A DNA stretch of 64,000 nt, from assembly GCA_965207885.1 (NCBI GenBank), contig OZ242311.1, positions 5,344,001-5,408,000 of the forward strand, written 5' to 3'. The stretch is from Candidatus Latescibacterota bacterium. GTDB taxonomy: Bacteria > Latescibacterota > UBA2968. The position numbers and the translations under genes were made by a program. Position 1 is the stretch's first letter; each line of letters starts with the position of its first letter. Shown piece after piece: positions 32,701-41,402 of this stretch. The notes under the pieces are model-generated. The model made no database searches and was not told the DNA's origin. It was given only the letters and a program-made list of their open reading frames with translations.

Positions 32701-35118
32701 AAGCCAGTTGATTAAGTCGTTTCTTCGTCTATGAATTTCTAATTCAGAACGTACAGAGTCGAGTTCCGGTTTTTCCAAATAAACATCAAAATGATCGCAA
32801 ACTGTGCGAAGCATATCTGATTCTGCGAGGACATGTGCAATACCTCGATTTTCTAAGAAGATACGCCTTCCCTGCTGCGGAATTACGCCATTGGGATTCT
32901 TCTGGCCTTCCTCACCCAATTCCTTAAGTGTCTGTTCATACTTCTCTTTTGATAGCTGTCCCTGTTTATCAAGCGAATCGACAAGGGCACGGCAATTTAC
33001 AATGTATTTGTGTGCTTCATCCGGTAATGTTGGAGGACCACTCATATCCTGCGTAGTCAAGCGAGAAAAACAGACTACGTACCCATTTTCTCTGCATGCC
33101 CTTTCAAAAACTGCCACCCAGTGTTCACCCATTTCTTCAATCAGTTTCGGGTTGCTATCCGACAAGGGCGTCTCATATTCCCAGATATTCAGCAATCCTT
33201 CACTTTCTATATCAATTATCTGGTTAGCAATTTGCAACCGTGAAGGTTGATGATGTGTCAGTTCGTCTTTAATTCCCAGCAGACAGGGGACAAGAGTTTT
33301 AGGTATTCTTAACGGAGCAAAAGTGTCCTCAACTTTAGATAGAATATCCAAATGGGCAGCCAAAAGAACGGCGGTGATATCCAAATTGAGACGCCATTGT
33401 GGTTTCTTACTGAGATCAAAGTCAACTTTTCGCCCTCCATGTCTTGCAAATAAATAGAATTGATTTCTCGGATCTGGTGCTTTTGCATTTTCACTTAAAC
33501 CGTAATGAAATAGTTTTAAGAGTGCTCCATTTAACTCTTTAGCAATGATATGAATAGGAAGAATTCCTTGATCATAAACATCTTTCATTTCTTCTATATG
33601 CTCTCTTCGCTGTTTAGCAAATGAAATCATATCTTGAAGATCTAAGAGAGTGACCCCACCTTGTCTGCTGTCTCCCAGTTTTCGCATCCTTATTAAAAAC
33701 GGGTTAAGTTCCTCACCCTCATCTAATCCAAGTTGAAAGCCTAAATGAACTATCTCGCTAACCTGATCATCAGACACATCTTCAGAAACAGCCTTTTTCC
33801 AAAAAGAGATGGCGAGATCGCTATCTTCCAATTTTACTAAATAGGCGATTCTGAGTAAGTCTTGTTGCGTTAGATCGGGTAATTCTCTGTGTTGGCGTGC
33901 AATAATAGCCAATTTTTTAAGATTTCCTGTTTCATGGTAGAGACCCATTAAAGCAAGCAAATTGTCAGCATTTGGTTCTTCTTTTACAAGGTCCTCAGCC
34001 TCTTTAATAGCTTCTGAAACATCTCCAAGCATATTTTGGCAACTCACCCTGAGTCTTCTTAGGTCATTAGATAACACACCAGCTTCAAACAGGTCTCTAT
34101 TGCTATCCAATAAACTCAGACAGATATCAAACTGATTGCTATTATGGTAGGCAATAGCTGCAAGTCTTAATGCTTCAGGAGTTCCAATTCCATCTATGAG
34201 TTGCTGGCTTTTTTCTGCCACATACTCCCAATTACCTTGTTCTCCCATCAGACTACAGCAGTTAAAGAGAAAAGACATATCACCCGTTTCTTCGTAAGCG
34301 TTTTCTAAAAATTCAACAAGCGGTTGCCAATCATCGTTTTTGCGTGCAATAGCCTGAAGAGCTATCATTTTTTCATAATAGAGATTTTCTTTTTGGCTAC
34401 TTTGATCAATGACCTTTAATGCAGATTTTGGATCGTCGTTAGCCATCAGTGACTTCACATAAAGAGAAGTCCAAACTCTAATTTCCTCTTGTGACTTAAA
34501 TCGAGACTCGGAATTGTCCAGTAATTCGATGGCCTCTGTTATTTTTTGCGATACAAGTTTACAGATCACCAGCGAGATCACATGTGATATATCAGATTTT
34601 TCTTCTACTATGATGGAGCTTAATGCTTTCTCACTTGGCTCAAGATCAAGTCCATAATTGCGATGTGTTGCCCATTCTATGGCTCGGAAATCTGTTGGGT
34701 CATATTGGAGTAGTTCTCGACAATAATCTATTGCTTCCTCCTGTTTATCAGGATCATTCGCAAGACAAGCAAGATACCAACATTGCAATATCTTCTTTTC
34801 CTTTCCATCTTCAGTTTCTTCAGAAAGCTTCTTAAATATTGCTGCCGCTTCTCTTAAACGTATTAGACTATCATCATCACGCTTGATAAATAACCAGCTT
34901 ACAGGCTCAGGCCACTGAACAAGCCGGTCTGGCAGAGCAACAGGCGAAAGAGCACTAAAATAATTAATTATTGCGGCTGTCTCTCTCTCGATCTTTCGAT
35001 CTGGTTCTTGCTCTAATGCCTTACTTATTTCCAGCCGTGCTTGTGCAAGGTTCTTCAATAGAAGGTTCCCAAGAGCCTTGAGCCGATATGTTTCAGAATT
35101 TGGTTTAAGTTTGGCCAT
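29764..35118 (-). CDS. Very large TPR + PIN-like domain protein (putative defence sensor/effector)
   Basis: N-terminal helical TPR-like repeats; PIN-like LNLDITAVLL and IWSDDRF motifs; AT-rich; ATG 35118 follows GAGGA. Confidence 0.7.
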   Translation of the reverse strand: MAKLKPNSETYRLKALGNLLLKNLAQARLEISKALEQEPDRKIERETAAIINYFSALSPVALPDRLVQWPEPVSWLFIKRDDDSLIRLREAAAIFKKLSEETEDGKEKKILQCWYLACLANDPDKQEEAIDYCRELLQYDPTDFRAIEWATHRNYGLDLEPSEKALSSIIVEEKSDISHVISLVICKLVSQKITEAIELLDNSESRFKSQEEIRVWTSLYVKSLMANDDPKSALKVIDQSSQKENLYYEKMIALQAIARKNDDWQPLVEFLENAYEETGDMSFLFNCCSLMGEQGNWEYVAEKSQQLIDGIGTPEALRLAAIAYHNSNQFDICLSLLDSNRDLFEAGVLSNDLRRLRVSCQNMLGDVSEAIKEAEDLVKEEPNADNLLALMGLYHETGNLKKLAIIARQHRELPDLTQQDLLRIAYLVKLEDSDLAISFWKKAVSEDVSDDQVSEIVHLGFQLGLDEGEELNPFLIRMRKLGDSRQGGVTLLDLQDMISFAKQRREHIEEMKDVYDQGILPIHIIAKELNGALLKLFHYGLSENAKAPDPRNQFYLFARHGGRKVDFDLSKKPQWRLNLDITAVLLAAHLDILSKVEDTFAPLRIPKTLVPCLLGIKDELTHHQPSRLQIANQIIDIESEGLLNIWEYETPLSDSNPKLIEEMGEHWVAVFERACRENGYVVCFSRLTTQDMSGPPTLPDEAHKYIVNCRALVDSLDKQGQLSKEKYEQTLKELGEEGQKNPNGVIPQQGRRIFLENRGIAHVLAESDMLRTVCDHFDVYLEKPELDSVRSELEIHRRRNDLINWLDRLINRIRDGIDSGIYEVIPYEGNEEAEVLDQQNLSERLLSDLLSFKASEGDVIWSDDRFVNGYFHSGEIPIIGINEVLKGLVSSGSIPDSEYYNIITKLRAANVRFIPIEEEEILYYLSRARVDENGFLTETPELRIFRRYIAACLLEKNILQFPPMPENTSNKEGEIAFVLNLALVIPRTIVSLWREESSKEKCIAQSNWLIDNLYLELQGLFKTIDQEKPAQNDRQLAAMTFSGLIDGAISFLHEQDENGRPKQRTVYYDWLYKSFLHNKFEADPNLIVEVADVLKISLMSMLDQELDKDTADVTVKLLQFLYNDLPDPIREELRRDTDFMAKIGFSLRPFAKAFGLHFDPDEFFEASSEAINGREAILSTLERDREVKFIPFKLDNGNKAICLDEPGTEEKVLSEATLELLLESSEEREAVLRRNRSWFDCPRKTFEKAIAEIVSIEEPGRRIEKARSWVKNSAAVYYSKLYKYIETQPDFPIFDLRPPSTEGLLRHYRLTTDVEAGSKLHEWLESQTSELIQDEGIKTAISRFSNLPIPLSQALVNAVLDLPDEEQHTLIKELSRTAGSPLTQIHFVHLLIQAGDEQSAFWRLGKKIIRNLFSDEGKTKLSAFLSLLKWSNEELYHWSEFRQLPSHIRLFMVWAHANELYRIFSDLGAPDAWLEETFKDLSNKRLPFEIFERKSDYWYDIAHPARIQDISFLFHGLSYSIGDKANVFVDGKLKRLFRDQGFRSVENMIVPIPQLLLDSTQAQNKLQSFLGKDPGETLSSLLDKEMATQLTTASLQKITAAAVERLRQKDNEWSPWVYIQAILGDLPPYENFRDTIREIILQTEFADMYQKDANGGHVALNAAILQAKQVGTKDISNHLKSELLKIVEYLEKESPEGPTDNSENAMLKRERLLTAFDAAVDISIAAGLQSQETITHFVEILSQIIEIWKDNIPNLEFMVRRFCKELPVSQAKAFWPLLIRLRAE

Positions 35119-36160
35119 TTGATTCATCCTCAAAATCCAAAATTTCTAAGCCTTCCTCAAAGCGACCGAGCATAAATAGAAAAGTTGCTCTCAGGTTGAG
35201 ACTGTCTATATCCTCCTGATTATCCAGAACGCTGACTGCCTCTTCAGGTCCTTTTTCGTAACAGACGATCCACGCATGAATGCGAATTTGATTTTGTGAA
35301 GGCATGAGGGTCCGGGCTTCATCAGCCAATTCCCGAGCGCGACTAATGTCGCGATTTTCGTCCAATTCGATACCAGCCTCAAAAAGAAGCACATCGGCTT
35401 TTACTTCTGATGACAGAAAAGGCCATTTACCATTTCTTAAACCTTCCAGCCATTGCTTTACTTTCGACGTATGACCTTCCTGCCATTCCCTACGCATACG
35501 TTTAAGCTGTTCTGCCGTGTCTTCCGATGCTTGTCCTGATAGCTGGTTTATTTGATTTTCTAATGCTGATGTTATAACAACAGACGGTTGAGTAGCGGTA
35601 TTTTCCACAACTGACGATGGAGGTGTTAATGTTCCACATATTTCTTTTGTCCAGTGGTCGGAAGGATGTAAATAAGAACCTACAATCCCTGGATGAGGCC
35701 GAAGCTTATTGCGAATTTGAGCGGCTGACCACACTTCATAATCAATCCCATACTTTGCAAAACACTTCGTCTGTTTCAATATTTCTTGTTGGCGATTTGT
35801 TTTGCTAAGATCACAGGCTACAAATAATATGAACCGTTTGACCTTGCATTTAGACCAGTGACTGTCCCAATGTTTAAAAAATTCATCCGATACATCTCGA
35901 ATTTGATAAGGAGAAAAATCTCTGTAACATTTACACTGACCGAGTTCTATTTCATCCGTATTTTTTCTTTTCGCTATGAGATCTATGCCCTGCTGTCCTT
36001 CGCCGCGCACTCCATAAATTTCACAAGTTGCGACAGTGTCTTCTTCAAAAAAAAGATCTCGACAGAGTTCTTGGAATACAAACTCGTCTATTTCATGAAA
36101 AGGAGGAACTTGACCGGGCCTGATACCAGGAGTCATATTGGGTATGGAGTTGCCCGTCAT
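35105..36160 (-). CDS. Restriction-endonuclease-like (PD-(D/E)XK, Mrr-like) domain plus TPR start; probably the N-terminal part of the giant protein
   Basis: FQELCRDL...YGVRGEGQQGIDL...GQCKCY motif; the C-terminal TPR helices continue in the next ORF after a one-base shift. Confidence 0.75.
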   Translation of the reverse strand: MTGNSIPNMTPGIRPGQVPPFHEIDEFVFQELCRDLFFEEDTVATCEIYGVRGEGQQGIDLIAKRKNTDEIELGQCKCYRDFSPYQIRDVSDEFFKHWDSHWSKCKVKRFILFVACDLSKTNRQQEILKQTKCFAKYGIDYEVWSAAQIRNKLRPHPGIVGSYLHPSDHWTKEICGTLTPPSSVVENTATQPSVVITSALENQINQLSGQASEDTAEQLKRMRREWQEGHTSKVKQWLEGLRNGKWPFLSSEVKADVLLFEAGIELDENRDISRARELADEARTLMPSQNQIRIHAWIVCYEKGPEEAVSVLDNQEDIDSLNLRATFLFMLGRFEEGLEILDFEDESNGQT

Positions 36161-36235
36161 ACTATTTCCTTATTAATCCACGTTAATTGTGTCTGCCGTT
36201 ATAACATAGCGATTCTATGTACATCTTTCAAGGGG

Positions 36236-37459
36236 CTATACTGCGTTCCGCACATCAATCTTCCCTGTCACCGCAGCGGAAATCAGTGCGGTTCGGCGTT
36301 CTTTGAGCAGCTCAATCGCCGTTTCACATTTTTCAATGAGAGTATCGATTTTCGCGATTTCTTTGTCGAGGAAGGCGATGATTCGCTTTTGTTCTTTGAG
36401 TGGGGGCACGGAAACGATACAGTTACCGATGAAATCCCAATTTGCCCGAGGCATCTTTGCCCCATAAGTTTATGAATCAACCACTTTGATAAATCCATCG
36501 GTAAGCAGTAAGTATAGCAATAACCGGCGATCAAAACTCGTACTCTTGAAAACCAGAAGTTCTGTTGAACACAAGCCTTCAAAGTCTGGGTTACAGGCTT
36601 TGGCGAGATATGGCCGAAGTTTGCCAAATAAGGTCATCCCTTTACCAAAACGATTGGCAACACTGGTTGGAACAACATTTGGGTCAATAGGCAGTAGTTT
36701 CCCTGTCCAAGACTGGATATTCTCCAAGCCGACATACGGCAAAGGCTTTTCTCGGTTGGCGTCAATTTTTTGGTCTGTCAACTGAACACAAAATTTAAGC
36801 CGCCGCACCTCCCAATGCTCCGGCACCTCTCCCAACCACTCAACCCCACTGTCTTTCATCTTCACATTCGTGTTCAATCCTCTGGTAACGGCATGTGAAA
36901 TGATCGCTTGCCGCTTTTCCTGAAGCAGTGTGATCAATTGCTCTTGCTTGTCAATGAGGGTGTCAATATTCGTCGTTTCTTTGTCGAGGAACGCGGCGAT
37001 TTGTTTTTGTTCTTCGAGTGGCGGATACAAACCTATCTGTTGATAGGCATCCTCGCGATTGAGACCAGGTACTATCGAGTCTTTGGAAACGGCATCTAAT
37101 TGTAATAAACCAAGCAGGTAGTAAAGCCAGCGGATATTTGCGGTCGTGTATCTGCTATCCACAAAAAATGTTGTATCAATCGCAAACGCTGAATCTGATG
37201 AGTAATTTACCTTCCCAAAAGAACCTTTACGACCAATGATAATGCAAGGTGCGGTCGTGTTCGAGAACGAATGTAATCCTACGTGCCCGTTTGATCCATA
37301 GACAGGAACATTACCTTCTATCCGCATTTCTGAAGGCAGAGAATCTCCGTATGCAAAGCGACAGATATACTTTAATTGCCGCACCGCCCAATGCTTCGGC
37401 ACCTCTCCCAATCCCTCAACTCCACTTTCCTTATATTCTGCATACTTCCGAAAACTCAT
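36236..37459 (-). pseudogene. hsdS: Type I specificity subunit S interrupted by an in-frame TAA (36470-36472)
   Basis: Two TRDs, [14 protein letters not shown] and [15 protein letters not shown] conserved regions. The frame reads VVDS*TYGAKMPRANWDFIG...PPLKEQKRI...ALISAAVTGKIDVR. Confidence 0.92.
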
Positions 37460-37494
37460 GCTTCGTTCTCCTCAACGGACTCGCATTACAAATC

Positions 37495-37518
37495 GGGCAA
37501 GGCATGCCTCGCCCCTAC
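37495..37518 (-). repeat. GTAG-family REP palindrome
   Basis: Minus strand GTAGGGGCGAGGCATGCCTTGCCC. Confidence 0.75.
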
Positions 37519-37532
37519 GATTCTTTTGGATA

Positions 37533-37661
37533 TAATTGTGTCAGCACTGCTGGCACTTTTAACGGGTTGAGACGGTCCATGGTAATTGTCTCAGCGATGC
37601 TGAGACTTTTGGCGGCCTGAACACGATCCCCAATAATTGTCGCACCACTGGTGAGACTTTT
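37533..37661. repeat. Three 28-nt palindromic repeats with 22- and 23-nt spacers
   Basis: TAATTGTGTCAGC-ACT-GCTGGCACTTTT (37533), TAATTGTCTCAGC-GAT-GCTGAGACTTTT (37583), TAATTGTCGCACC-ACT-GGTGAGACTTTT (37634). Confidence 0.85.
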
Positions 37662-37706
37662 TTGTTTGTATGTACGTTATGCCGCGCGGGACGATCAAAA
37701 CCTTCT

Positions 37707-37737
37707 GGATTGCGGCTAAAACCATGCCGCAATGACG
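37707..37737 (+). repeat. GGAT...ATGAC-type REP-like hairpin
   Basis: GGATTGCGGCTAAAACCATGCCGCAATGACG; near-identical at 60563-60593 and related at 39859-39890. Confidence 0.8.
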
Positions 37738-37796
37738 ACTTTTACACGAAAGTTGAGGTATTTAATTTTATCGCTAGATAACCTGCCCACAGATTA

Positions 37797-39818
37797 TCAC
37801 CCATTCAAAATCCCTCCAACCGTTTCAACAATACCATCCGTCACACCTTCAATCATTTCAACAATACTATCCGTCACACCTATCAAATCCGCACCAATCT
37901 CATCTAACGGGCGGGGCGGTTTGAACACGTAGAAATATCGGTTAAAAGGAATTTCGTAACCCACTTTGGTCTTGCTGTAATCTATCCAGGCCTCCGGCAC
38001 ATGGGGCTGGATTTCGCGTTCGAAATACGCATCAATATCCTCCCGCAACGGCACATTCTCATAATCGCGCAAATCGGGATCGGGTTCTGGCTCGCCTTTG
38101 CGGTTGGTACAAACATCAGCGGTCTCATCATACTCGCTCAAGGATTGATAAATCAACTTCAACTGAGCCGTAGTAATATTCACTTGCGCCCCTGTAAAAG
38201 CATCCGTAAGAATGCGAATGAACGCATCGCGGTTTTTATACTGACAATCACCCTCAAGCGTACCCAGAACCTCGAGAACGCGCTGTTGCTGTTCTTGTGG
38301 CAAACGGGTAAAGCTCCTCGCCGACTCGAGAATCTCAATACGATCTTCACACACTTGAAAATTGCGCTTGAGCGGGCGCTCAATGGTGATGCGCTGATAC
38401 CCGAAATCAACATTGTCAAAAATCTTCACGCGATCCTGTACATCCTCAAAATCGCCAAACAATTGCGTAATCTCCGCGATCTGTCCATCGGAAATCTCCT
38501 TGCGCTTGCTACCCAGGCTCTGGATCATCGCAACGTGAAAATCTGCGGCATTGATCAATTGCACTTTACCCTTGCGCTGCGGCGTCTTCTGATTCGTAAT
38601 AATCCAGATATAGGTCGCAATACCCGTGTTGTAAAACATATCCGTAGGCAGGGCTATAATCGCTTCCAAATAATCATTCTCAATAATCCAGCGGCGGATC
38701 TCGCTCTCCCCACTCCCCGCGCTACCCGTAAAAAGGGGTGACCCATTGAGCACAACAGCCAGACGGGACAAATCGCCATTCTGATTGAACTTTGAAATCA
38801 TGTGCTGCACAAAAAGCAAAGCACCATTGTCAACACGCGGAAGCCCTGCGCCAAAGCGTCCCCTATAACCGAGGTGATTGGCTTCGTCCTTGATCTCGGA
38901 TGCCACCTTCTTCCAATCAACCCCAAACGGTGGATTGGACAACATATAGTCAAACTGCCCATCAGGAAGACCATCTTCTGTAAAACTATTGCCGGGATGG
39001 ATATTTTTTGCATCCTGTCCCTTGATCATCATATCTGACTTACAAGTCGCATAACTCTCATCATTCAACTCCTGCCCATACACAATCAAACTGGCTTCTG
39101 GGTTGAGTTCCCTGAGATAATCCTCCGCAATAGAAAGCATCCCTCCCGTGCCACACGCCGGATCGTACAACTTGCGAATAATACCCCGTTGGGTAAGCGC
39201 GGCCTCATCCTCTAAAAACAGAAGATTGACCATCAACCGGATAACTTCACGAGGCGTAAAATGCTCGCCAGCCGTCTCATTACTCTGCTCGGAAAACCTG
39301 CGGATGAGTTCTTCAAAAATATAGCCCATGTGCAGATTGGAAACGCGATCTGGATGCAAATCCGCCTGTGCAAAGCGGCTGACAATCAGATAGAGCAAAT
39401 TATCCCGGTCAAGCCGCGCAACCTGCTCGTGCAACTTAAAACGATCAATAAAAATATCACGCGCATCATACGAAAACCCGTTAATCATATTATTCAAATT
39501 AGCAGCAATATTGTCGGGATCGTCCAGCAACCTCTCAAGGGTAAACGGACTTGTATTGTGAAAATTGTGCCCACTCGCCATATTGAGCATGGTCTCGCGC
39601 ATCGTATCGTCGATATTCTCGGGCAAGTTTTTCAACTGCGCCTGCACAGCGTCTTTCGTCGGCACCAACACGCAATCGAGCCGTCGCAAAACCGTGAACG
39701 GCAGCACCACCTTTCCGTACTCCGATTGTTTGTAATCACCCCGCAGAAGTTCCGCAATGGACCAGATAAAACCGATATGTTCACCAAAATCTGCACGAGT
39801 GCTCGAATTATTTGTCAT
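37797..39818 (-). CDS. hsdM: Type I R-M methyltransferase subunit M
   Basis: GEHFTPREV, YDPACGTGGML and NPPFG motifs; uninterrupted frame. Confidence 0.96.
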   Translation of the reverse strand: MTNNSSTRADFGEHIGFIWSIAELLRGDYKQSEYGKVVLPFTVLRRLDCVLVPTKDAVQAQLKNLPENIDDTMRETMLNMASGHNFHNTSPFTLERLLDDPDNIAANLNNMINGFSYDARDIFIDRFKLHEQVARLDRDNLLYLIVSRFAQADLHPDRVSNLHMGYIFEELIRRFSEQSNETAGEHFTPREVIRLMVNLLFLEDEAALTQRGIIRKLYDPACGTGGMLSIAEDYLRELNPEASLIVYGQELNDESYATCKSDMMIKGQDAKNIHPGNSFTEDGLPDGQFDYMLSNPPFGVDWKKVASEIKDEANHLGYRGRFGAGLPRVDNGALLFVQHMISKFNQNGDLSRLAVVLNGSPLFTGSAGSGESEIRRWIIENDYLEAIIALPTDMFYNTGIATYIWIITNQKTPQRKGKVQLINAADFHVAMIQSLGSKRKEISDGQIAEITQLFGDFEDVQDRVKIFDNVDFGYQRITIERPLKRNFQVCEDRIEILESARSFTRLPQEQQQRVLEVLGTLEGDCQYKNRDAFIRILTDAFTGAQVNITTAQLKLIYQSLSEYDETADVCTNRKGEPEPDPDLRDYENVPLREDIDAYFEREIQPHVPEAWIDYSKTKVGYEIPFNRYFYVFKPPRPLDEIGADLIGVTDSIVEMIEGVTDGIVETVGGILNG

Positions 39819-39858
39819 GGATACCCCTTGTATTTATTATAGGTGACTCAACATCACT

Positions 39859-39890
39859 GGATCGCGGCTCAACACCGTGCCGCGATGACG
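39859..39890 (+). repeat. GGAT...ATGAC-type REP-like hairpin
   Basis: GGATCGCGGCTCAACACCGTGCCGCGATGACG. Confidence 0.7.
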
Positions 39891-39984
39891 GCGGCTCGGC
39901 CATGTCAACCAATATAAAAAACTCTATACTTCTTTGTCCCACAATATTAAAATGATCTCATAACAAAAATCAGGAGACAATCTC

Positions 39985-41388
39985 ATGGCATCAGACATAA
40001 ATTACGCAAGCTGGCCCCGGCATGTGGCGCGTCATATTGATGTGGGTGATCAGAAGCAACTCTTTCTGGACGACGGGTTTCTGGTAGAACGCGCCGAAGG
40101 GATTCGCTATGTCATGCACCAGCCGGTAAAACACGCACAGAACCCGTTGCTCGTACCCGACACGCCCTGGGAATTGCAGGTACAACTCTACGGCTCCGTC
40201 CTGTGGGATGAAGAAGCCCAAATCTACAAAATGTGGTACACAAACCGAACCCGCAAATACGGCAAAGACAGCGCAGTACTCATGGCCTATGCCACCTCTG
40301 AAGACGGACTCAAATGGAAAAAACCTATCTTCAACATCCTATCCCATGAAGAATCTGCTAAAACCAACCTGCTACTGGATCCCGGACCCGGCGGAAGCGG
40401 CGGCGTATGCGTCTTAAAAACACCTGATGAGCAGAACAAAACATACAAAATGCTCTACAAAACCATCGAAGAGGGCGGCGGATTAAAAGTCGCATTCTCC
40501 CCAGACGGCATCCACTGGACAAAACACCCCAAAACCGTCTTACCCGGCGTCTTTGACACATTCAACGTCGCGGTCCAGGACAACGACAAATACGTCGCGT
40601 ACGTACGCATAAACCAGAGACCGCGAAAGCGGCACCGCGCATTGGGACGCATCGAATCCGAAGACTTCATCCACTGGACCACACCGACAATCGTCCTGAA
40701 ACCAGATGAGCGCGACCCCGAAGACACAGACATATACACATCCGCTGCATTTAAGTACCCGCAAGCGGATTATGCCTATATTATGATGCCCAGCCTTTTT
40801 GATTGGCGAACGGGAAAACTTCAGGTACAATTGGCCACGAGTCGGGACAATGCACATTGGAATCGAGCAGGAAACCGCGAGATCTTCATCCCACTGGGAG
40901 AACCAGACAGTTACGAATCGGAAGAAATCATGGTCGGCGCGCCATCAGTCGTAAAAGATCAAATCCACATCTACTATCACGGCAGCAACCGGCCACACTG
41001 GAATGGAATGGGACGTCCGTTTAAAGAAAAAAGCGGCATTGGTCTGGCAACACTGCGCCTGGATGGATTCATCTCGATTGACGCAGGTGAAAAACCGAGC
41101 GGCGGCACAATAACAACCGTACCCATACAATTCTCGGGCACCCACCTGGAAATAAACGCAGATGCAACCTGGGGAGAGATACGCGTCGAAATTTTAAACG
41201 ACGAAAATGAAGTAATCGAAGGATTTGATCGCCTATCGTGCCAACCCGTAATCGGCGACTCTGTGCGCCATCGCGTCTCCTGGTCGGGCGGCGATGTACG
41301 CACCTTGGTCGGAACAACCGTAAAACTGCGATTTCATATCCTCTGCGCCCGGCTTTACGCCTTTCAATTCAAAACAAAACACCCCTAA
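39985..41388 (+). CDS. Five-bladed beta-propeller glycosidase-like protein
   Basis: QLFLDD, YATSEDGLKWKKP, SPDGIHW, SEDFIHW, SRD..HW.R Asp-box-like repeats, LATLRLDGF. Confidence 0.7.
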   Translation: MASDINYASWPRHVARHIDVGDQKQLFLDDGFLVERAEGIRYVMHQPVKHAQNPLLVPDTPWELQVQLYGSVLWDEEAQIYKMWYTNRTRKYGKDSAVLMAYATSEDGLKWKKPIFNILSHEESAKTNLLLDPGPGGSGGVCVLKTPDEQNKTYKMLYKTIEEGGGLKVAFSPDGIHWTKHPKTVLPGVFDTFNVAVQDNDKYVAYVRINQRPRKRHRALGRIESEDFIHWTTPTIVLKPDERDPEDTDIYTSAAFKYPQADYAYIMMPSLFDWRTGKLQVQLATSRDNAHWNRAGNREIFIPLGEPDSYESEEIMVGAPSVVKDQIHIYYHGSNRPHWNGMGRPFKEKSGIGLATLRLDGFISIDAGEKPSGGTITTVPIQFSGTHLEINADATWGEIRVEILNDENEVIEGFDRLSCQPVIGDSVRHRVSWSGGDVRTLVGTTVKLRFHILCARLYAFQFKTKHP

Positions 41389-41402
41389 CCCAAGGAGACC
41401 CC

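Noticed and set aside
37533-37661. Canonical CRISPR array
   Set aside because: Only three units, the repeats vary internally, the spacers are short and no cas operon is present. Kept as a non-CRISPR repeat finding.
22455-39890. Prophage or ICE
   Set aside because: No integrase, structural, replication or conjugation genes, and no att pair was found around the island.
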